Source: Treponemataceae bacterium
GTDB lineage: Bacteria; Spirochaetota; Spirochaetia; Treponematales; Rectinemataceae
DNA: 64,000 nucleotides
Direction: 5' to 3'
NCBI GenBank assembly: GCA_963667725.2
Contig: CAXXHO010000005.1
Span: 288,001 to 352,000 of the forward strand
Positions 58,798 to 64,000 of this stretch are shown piece after piece. The position numbers were made by a program, and so were the translations under genes. The notes under the pieces are model-generated. The model worked only from the letters and a program-made list of their open reading frames with translations, was not told the origin of the DNA and did not search any database. How positions within the stretch are numbered: the stretch's first letter is position 1; each line of letters begins with the position of its first letter.

Positions 58798-59810
58798 ACA
58801 CGGATGTCCTCGGTCCCGACGCGGAAGAACAGACGGTGAAAGGCGCCTTCGACGCCCTCTCCCCTTCCCTCATCCTCGAGGCGGTGGAAGCCGCTTTCGA
58901 CATCGTGCCCGATGGCAGCCTGACTCCCTATTCCAGCTACGTGAACCGGGTCTATGGCTTTCGCGCCGAGGATGGTCCGGAGTATGTCGTGAAGTTTTAT
59001 CGCCCGAGCCGCTGGACCGAGGAAGCCATCCTTGAAGAGCATCTCTTCCTCGACGACTGCGTGAAGGCCGAACTGCCCGTCGTGGCCCCCATGGAAGATT
59101 CTTCCGGCTCGACCCTGCCCGCCGTCGAAATCGAAGGCGAGGCCGAAGCCTTCTTCTTCGCGCTTTTTCCCAAGCGCGGCGGCCGAAGCTTCGACGCCGA
59201 ATCGGAATCCGACTGGCTGAGGCTCGGCAGCCTCGCCGGCAGGCTTCACCTGGTCGGCGCCAAGCGCCAGGCGCCTTCGCGCGCTCGGCTGGGACCTGAG
59301 CTCGCTTTCTCCAATCTCGCCCTGGTCGAGCCTCTCGTCCATCCCGAGTTCAGGGCCGAGTTCTCCGACGCCTGCCGCGAAACGCTGGAGGGGACGGAAG
59401 AGCCAGTACGCGCCATAGCGCCCCGCAGGATCCACGGCGACCTCCACCGCGGCAACATCCTGGAGCGTCCGGGCGAAGGCCTCCTCCTCCTCGATTTCGA
59501 CGACATGATGACAGGGCCGCCCATCCAGGACCTCTGGCTTCTCCTCCCGGGACGAGCCTCGGACTGCGCCCGCGAACTGTCCCTTCTCGTGGAGGGCTAT
59601 TCGGAGTTTTCCGAGCTGGAATCGGGAAGCGTCGCCCTTATAGAGACCCTGCGTTTCTACAGGATGCTCCATTTCCTCGCGTGGCGATCCCTCCAGCGCG
59701 ACGACAACTGGTTCAAGCGAGACTTCCCCGACTGGGGCAGCCGCTCGTTCTGGATACGGGAGCTGGAGGATTTCCGCGACCAGTCGCGGATCGTGGCGGA
59801 TTTGGCTTAA
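58794..59810 (+). CDS. srkA: Stress response kinase SrkA (YihE/RdoA)
   Basis: SYVNRVY, VKFYRPSRW...ILEEH, IHGDLHRGNIL, DFDD, QDLWLLL, FPDWG. Confidence 0.9.
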   Translation: MNTDVLGPDAEEQTVKGAFDALSPSLILEAVEAAFDIVPDGSLTPYSSYVNRVYGFRAEDGPEYVVKFYRPSRWTEEAILEEHLFLDDCVKAELPVVAPMEDSSGSTLPAVEIEGEAEAFFFALFPKRGGRSFDAESESDWLRLGSLAGRLHLVGAKRQAPSRARLGPELAFSNLALVEPLVHPEFRAEFSDACRETLEGTEEPVRAIAPRRIHGDLHRGNILERPGEGLLLLDFDDMMTGPPIQDLWLLLPGRASDCARELSLLVEGYSEFSELESGSVALIETLRFYRMLHFLAWRSLQRDDNWFKRDFPDWGSRSFWIRELEDFRDQSRIVADLA

Positions 59811-59817
59811 GGCAGCG

Positions 59818-59882
59818 GGCGGCGCCAAACCCGCCATCGACGTCCGGCCAGTTACCGCGACGGCGCCCGATTTGGCGCCGCC
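59818..59882. terminator. Long inverted repeat between convergent genes
   Basis: GGCGGCGCCAAA (59818-59829) / TTTGGCGCCGCC (59871-59882). Confidence 0.5.
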
Positions 59883-59888
59883 GCGCCG

Positions 59889-60773
59889 TTATTTCAATGG
59901 AACCCAGTATTCGCACCAATAGTCATTGGCTTCCATGTCGGGAAGATCGGGGTAGAACTCGATCTCCGGCGTCCCCGCGTGTTCGCGTCCCGAAGAGGGG
60001 AACCATTCCGTATAGATCCGCTTGATCAGGTCCTGAAAATTCTTGCTCAAGGGGCCGCGCGAGGTGAACTTGGCCCATGTCGATGCCGGCACGACGATTT
60101 CCTCGCAGCCGGCAGGCAGTCCCGAGGGGTCGGCGGGCGTTTCCACCGCGATGCTATAGGTGAAATCGCCGGTTTGATCGTCGCAGGAGTGACAGACGCC
60201 GCATACGCCCACCCTGCTCTTCGCGGCGCTTTTGCAGAGCTTCCCGAACCGGCCGTCCTTCATGGTTTCGGTCCAGAAGGCCGGTATGGCCTTGAAGCTC
60301 GTTCCATCGCCGCCGTTAGCCCTGATACTGAGGCCGCTCAGCCTGTACTCGGGGCCCTTTTCGATCCTGAATTCCATGGCTTTATCTCCTTTGAGAGCGA
60401 CCGTGAAGGAAATCCTGGAGAAGGTGTGGAGCCTGGTTCCCGGCATCCTGGCTTCGCTCGGAAGGCAGCCGAACTCGCGCTTGAACGCTCTCGCGAAAGC
60501 GTCCGGCGAGTCATAGCCGAATTCCATGGCGATGTCGATGATCCGGTCGGATCCGCGGGCCTCGCTTCCGGACGCCAGCTCGAGGGCCGCCATCGAAAGC
60601 CGCCTCCGCCTCAGGTATTCGGCCGATCCCAGCCCGGTCACCACCTCGAACATCCTCATGAAATGAAAGGTTGAGCAGTTGGCCCGCGCGGCCACGCTTC
60701 TCATATCGATCTCATCCCTCAAGTGATCCTCGAGGTAGTCGAGAGCCCTTTCCATCCGCGTCTGCCAGTCCAC
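59889..60773 (-). CDS. AraC family regulator with GyrI-like effector domain
   Basis: ALDYLEDHL, EYLRRRRLS, FGYDSPDAFARAFKREFG, IYTEWFPSSG, EYWVPL; GTG start after AAGGAG. Confidence 0.92.
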   Translation of the reverse strand: MDWQTRMERALDYLEDHLRDEIDMRSVAARANCSTFHFMRMFEVVTGLGSAEYLRRRRLSMAALELASGSEARGSDRIIDIAMEFGYDSPDAFARAFKREFGCLPSEARMPGTRLHTFSRISFTVALKGDKAMEFRIEKGPEYRLSGLSIRANGGDGTSFKAIPAFWTETMKDGRFGKLCKSAAKSRVGVCGVCHSCDDQTGDFTYSIAVETPADPSGLPAGCEEIVVPASTWAKFTSRGPLSKNFQDLIKRIYTEWFPSSGREHAGTPEIEFYPDLPDMEANDYWCEYWVPLK

Positions 60774-60802
60774 CTTGATCTCCTTCCGTCGTCTCGGGGT
60801 CA

Positions 60803-62221
60803 CTATAACGACGTTTCAGGCATCATTCCCGACTTTTCCTGTCGAGTCCGGCCGGATTCGTCGGTTCCGATGACGGAGACCCATTTCACGCGCGCTATGA
60901 GAATGACGGCGAGGATCGCGGCCGCGTAGTTCGAGAAGAGATTGCCCCAGAAAACCGAATAGTAGCCGAGAGAACTCTCGGTCAGGAGGATGAAGACGTA
61001 ACGCAGGAGCCAGATGCGCAGGAATCCCAGCACGAGCGGCACCTTGGTGCGCCCGAGTCCGATGAAGGCGCCCTGGATCGTCATGCAGAGGCCGAATCCG
61101 ACAACCGAATAGGTGTAGATGTGAAGCGCCCTGTTCGCTATCTCAAGCACGTCGGCCTGTCGCGTGAAGAGGATGGTGAGGCGGGAAGAGAGCGGCACGA
61201 TGATCGCGATGACGACGACAGCCGTCGCCGCGCTTATGGCGCAGCCGGCGATGCAGGAACGCTTGGCCTTCTCGGGCTTGCCGGCGCCGATATTCATGCT
61301 CACCATGGTGGTCACCGCCGCGCTGAAGGCTCCCGGGAGGTTGAAGCAGACCGCGGAGATATTGCTCGCGATTCCCTGGCCGTTCAGGACGACGGGACCG
61401 TATTTCTGGGTTTCGCTGTTGATGAGGTAGAAGCCGAGGTTGAGGAGGAATGAATTGAGCATCGCCGGAAAGCCTATCCGCGCGAGCCGCTTCAGTATCG
61501 TCATCTCGAAGCGGAAGCCTTTGATTTCGAGGCGGTCCGGACTTTTCTTCACGAAGAGCTCATGGAACATCCACGCCGTTATGGCGACATTCGCGAGGAG
61601 GGAAGAAAGGGCGCAGCCGACGATACCGAGCCGGAACAGGTAGATGAAGAGGAAGTTGAAGACGATCTTGAGGACGAGCATGAGGATCATGCGGATGAAG
61701 GGAGCTTCGGGCCGGCCGTTCGCGTTCTTTATCCCGTTGTATATCGATTCCATGAAGGAAAAGGGCAGCACGAGGGCGTAGAGGGAGAGATACAGGAAGA
61801 CATTGCGGGATATCTGGGCGTCCACCGTGCGCGAAATGACGGCGCCGAGCCCGACCAGGATCGGGGCCGAGAGGAGGCCGAGCACCGAGCCGGCCACCAC
61901 TATCTGCGAGGAAGTACGCTTCGATTCGGCGAAATTGCCCTTGCCGTTGAGCTGGCCGATGATGGCCATCGCGGCCACGCTCAATCCCTGGGCGAGGGCT
62001 GTCATCATATTGATCACCGGCTCGGAGAAGGTGACAGCGCTGGCGACCAGCGTCCCCGAGACATTGTTGATGAACAGTCCGTCCATCAGAGGCATGAGTG
62101 ACTGCACAAGCCCGAGCATGAGGCTGGGCACGGCCAGGAACAGTACGGTGCGGGAGATCGGGCCATTCAGTATGAGATCACGGCGCTGGGCTGTGGACTG
62201 TTCGAAGAACTTCAGATGCAT
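60803..62221 (-). CDS. MATE family efflux transporter
   Basis: LNGPISRTVLFLAVPS, DGLFI, two-lobed 12-TM pattern, IGLGRTKVP. Confidence 0.88.
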   Translation of the reverse strand: MHLKFFEQSTAQRRDLILNGPISRTVLFLAVPSLMLGLVQSLMPLMDGLFINNVSGTLVASAVTFSEPVINMMTALAQGLSVAAMAIIGQLNGKGNFAESKRTSSQIVVAGSVLGLLSAPILVGLGAVISRTVDAQISRNVFLYLSLYALVLPFSFMESIYNGIKNANGRPEAPFIRMILMLVLKIVFNFLFIYLFRLGIVGCALSSLLANVAITAWMFHELFVKKSPDRLEIKGFRFEMTILKRLARIGFPAMLNSFLLNLGFYLINSETQKYGPVVLNGQGIASNISAVCFNLPGAFSAAVTTMVSMNIGAGKPEKAKRSCIAGCAISAATAVVVIAIIVPLSSRLTILFTRQADVLEIANRALHIYTYSVVGFGLCMTIQGAFIGLGRTKVPLVLGFLRIWLLRYVFILLTESSLGYYSVFWGNLFSNYAAAILAVILIARVKWVSVIGTDESGRTRQEKSGMMPETSL

Positions 62222-62278
62222 CGTTAATCGATAATAACGCGGAGCGCTGTCATAAAGCTAGGCCGCGCTCCGCCGTTT

Positions 62279-64000
62279 TCACCGATGGATACTCACTATT
62301 GGGAGAAGGAGGCGCGAGGGATGGAGGCTGCCCAGGTGGAGCGTGTTCGTCGCGACGCGGAAGCCACGGCCCATTCCCTCGCCTTCCCCCGTATTCGGAT
62401 TCACGTCGAAATGGGGAAAATTGGAGCTGGAGATGTCGAGCCGGATCCTGTGGCCCTTCGCGAAGAGGTTGCTTGTGGGAAAGGCTTCCACCTTGATCTT
62501 GTAGGCCTTCCCCGCTTCCAGGAGCGAGGGAAGCTCCCAGGAATCACGGTAGCGCGCGCGAAATATGCCGTCGGTGACGTTCATCGCGAATCCGCGAGGA
62601 TAGTCTTCGCTGGGCGGATACTCGTCGATGAGTTTTATCGTGAAATCTGTGTCGGGACAATCCGAGGATACCCAGAGTTCGGCCTCGACGGGTCCCGTCA
62701 CCTCGCAGTCGGCTTCTAGCGGTTCCGTCTCGAAGACGAGGACGTCGGGGCGGGACGAGAGCGGGAGGAATGGCGGCTCGCAGCCGAAAATCCTTTCGTT
62801 CTCCACTTGGTCGTAGGCGCCGCCGCGCATCACGGGTTCGCCCGAGGTAATCGTGCCGCCGATCGAAGGCACGGGGTTGGATGGATCGTAGCGATAGCTG
62901 ATCGAGATTGGCGTGGCGCTTAGCGCCATGCCGGGCGCCGCGTTGGAAGCCGCGCCAGAGAGCGCGCCGGGAGCCGCTTCGGTCAGGCGGCCGTCGGCTT
63001 CAAGATAGAAACTGCGCGGCCGCATCTCCGGCAATGGCCAGTCCGAGGCTTCCATCCACCTTCCGCCGTGCTCGAGCCTTCCCTGCGGATTCTTTCGTCC
63101 CGAACCGCCGCCCATGCGGAAATAGCGGACCCGCGGATCGGTCTCAGCGCCATTGTCAGCGCCCTTGAGCCAGCGGTCGAACCACCTAAGGCGCAACTCC
63201 AGGAAATTTTCGGCCACATTGCCTTCAAGCGTGGCGGCGATGCCGAAATCGACGTCCCCCGCGTAGGTAAGGCAGCGGTCCCCGTGCGTCCAGGGCCCCA
63301 GGATGAGGGCGAGCGGCCCCTTGCCGCGTTTTTTCAGGTCGAGATAATTGTTCGTCGCCGTACGCGGATAGGGGTCGAACCAGCTCGACATATGGACCAT
63401 CGGGATATCGGCGAACCCCTCCATGAAAGCCTTGGAGCAGATGCCCAGCTTTTTCCAGAATTCATCGTAGTCGCCGTGCGTCCACTGTTCGAGAAGATAC
63501 TCCTCAAATTCGGGGACCCAGCGAAGCGGCGATTGGCCCTTGCGCCAGGGAAGGCGCGAAAACCAGGCGGCGATGTTTTTCATCTCGGCGTCGAGGGCTG
63601 AGCGGACGAGAGGGTTGCTCGCGGCTTCAGGGCTTTGCTGCGCCTGGCGGATCGCCCAGGTGGCCTGCTTCAGCTCGAAAGCGCCGCCCTGCCTGATGCC
63701 GCCCTGGTAGGCATCGTGGAATCCCCCGGAGTCCACGAACATCGCCGCGAGAGAGGGCGGCGCGAGGCAGGCAGCCGCCACCTGCGTATGGGCGGCATAG
63801 GAAAGTCCCATAGTCCCCACCTTGCCGTCGCACCAGTCCTGCGCGGCGATCCACGCGATGGTATCGAAACCATCTTCGCCCTCGGATAGATATTTCGTGA
63901 AACGACCCTCGGAGCGGTGGGTGCCGCGGCAGTCCTGGTAGACGAAGGCGTAACCTCGCGCGGTGAAGAATGCCGCGACCTCGGCCCTCCTGAGGGGTAC
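62279..64000 (-). CDS. CocE/NonD family hydrolase (5' end beyond the window)
   Basis: Frame stays open to the window edge (GYAFVYQDCRG..SEG, DGFDTIAWI); nucleophile GLSYAA; GPWTHG; RLDISSSNFPHFDVNPNTG. Confidence 0.9.
   Translation of the reverse strand, partial: VPLRRAEVAAFFTARGYAFVYQDCRGTHRSEGRFTKYLSEGEDGFDTIAWIAAQDWCDGKVGTMGLSYAAHTQVAAACLAPPSLAAMFVDSGGFHDAYQGGIRQGGAFELKQATWAIRQAQQSPEAASNPLVRSALDAEMKNIAAWFSRLPWRKGQSPLRWVPEFEEYLLEQWTHGDYDEFWKKLGICSKAFMEGFADIPMVHMSSWFDPYPRTATNNYLDLKKRGKGPLALILGPWTHGDRCLTYAGDVDFGIAATLEGNVAENFLELRLRWFDRWLKGADNGAETDPRVRYFRMGGGSGRKNPQGRLEHGGRWMEASDWPLPEMRPRSFYLEADGRLTEAAPGALSGAASNAAPGMALSATPISISYRYDPSNPVPSIGGTITSGEPVMRGGAYDQVENERIFGCEPPFLPLSSRPDVLVFETEPLEADCEVTGPVEAELWVSSDCPDTDFTIKLIDEYPPSEDYPRGFAMNVTDGIFRARYRDSWELPSLLEAGKAYKIKVEAFPTSNLFAKGHRIRLDISSSNFPHFDVNPNTGEGEGMGRGFRVATNTLHLGSLHPSRLLLPIVSIHR

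Overview
A 64-kb, GC-rich chromosomal window with about 50 CDS, most of them housekeeping or metabolic genes. The gene complement (archaeal-type ProS, M16C presequence protease, lipoproteins with outer-membrane TonB components, class III RNR, W-AOR, Fhs) suggests an anaerobic diderm, probably a free-living spirochaete; this is inference only. I saw no CRISPR array, IS element, integrase or rRNA. There is one tRNA-Val(CAC). Main points: (1) A convergent cobalamin-uptake locus controlled by two separate cobalamin riboswitches. One leads to tonB. The other leads to a BtuB-like receptor plus a beta-propeller lipoprotein resembling Bacteroidota BtuG. It is flanked by a DUF3842/atypical metal ABC operon and by nrdDG, whose NrdD has a fused CxxC redoxin domain and tandem NrdR boxes. 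(2) Two unlinked small envelope genes (DUF2202-like and SHOCT) share a sigma54 promoter, an AT-rich spacer and a palindromic enhancer, suggesting an unannotated bEBP regulon. (3) A 16-codon uORF in a highly structured leader precedes an MFS efflux gene, a candidate ribosome-mediated attenuator. (4) msrA appears to have two starts, giving a lipoprotein and a cytoplasmic form. (5) Many genes appear leaderless. (6) GlmS carries large insertions. (7) A stand-alone sensor-like protein is coupled to a PAS-GGDEF-EAL enzyme. Frameshifts near 4583 and 52550-52990 are all single-base losses in homopolymers and are probably sequencing errors.
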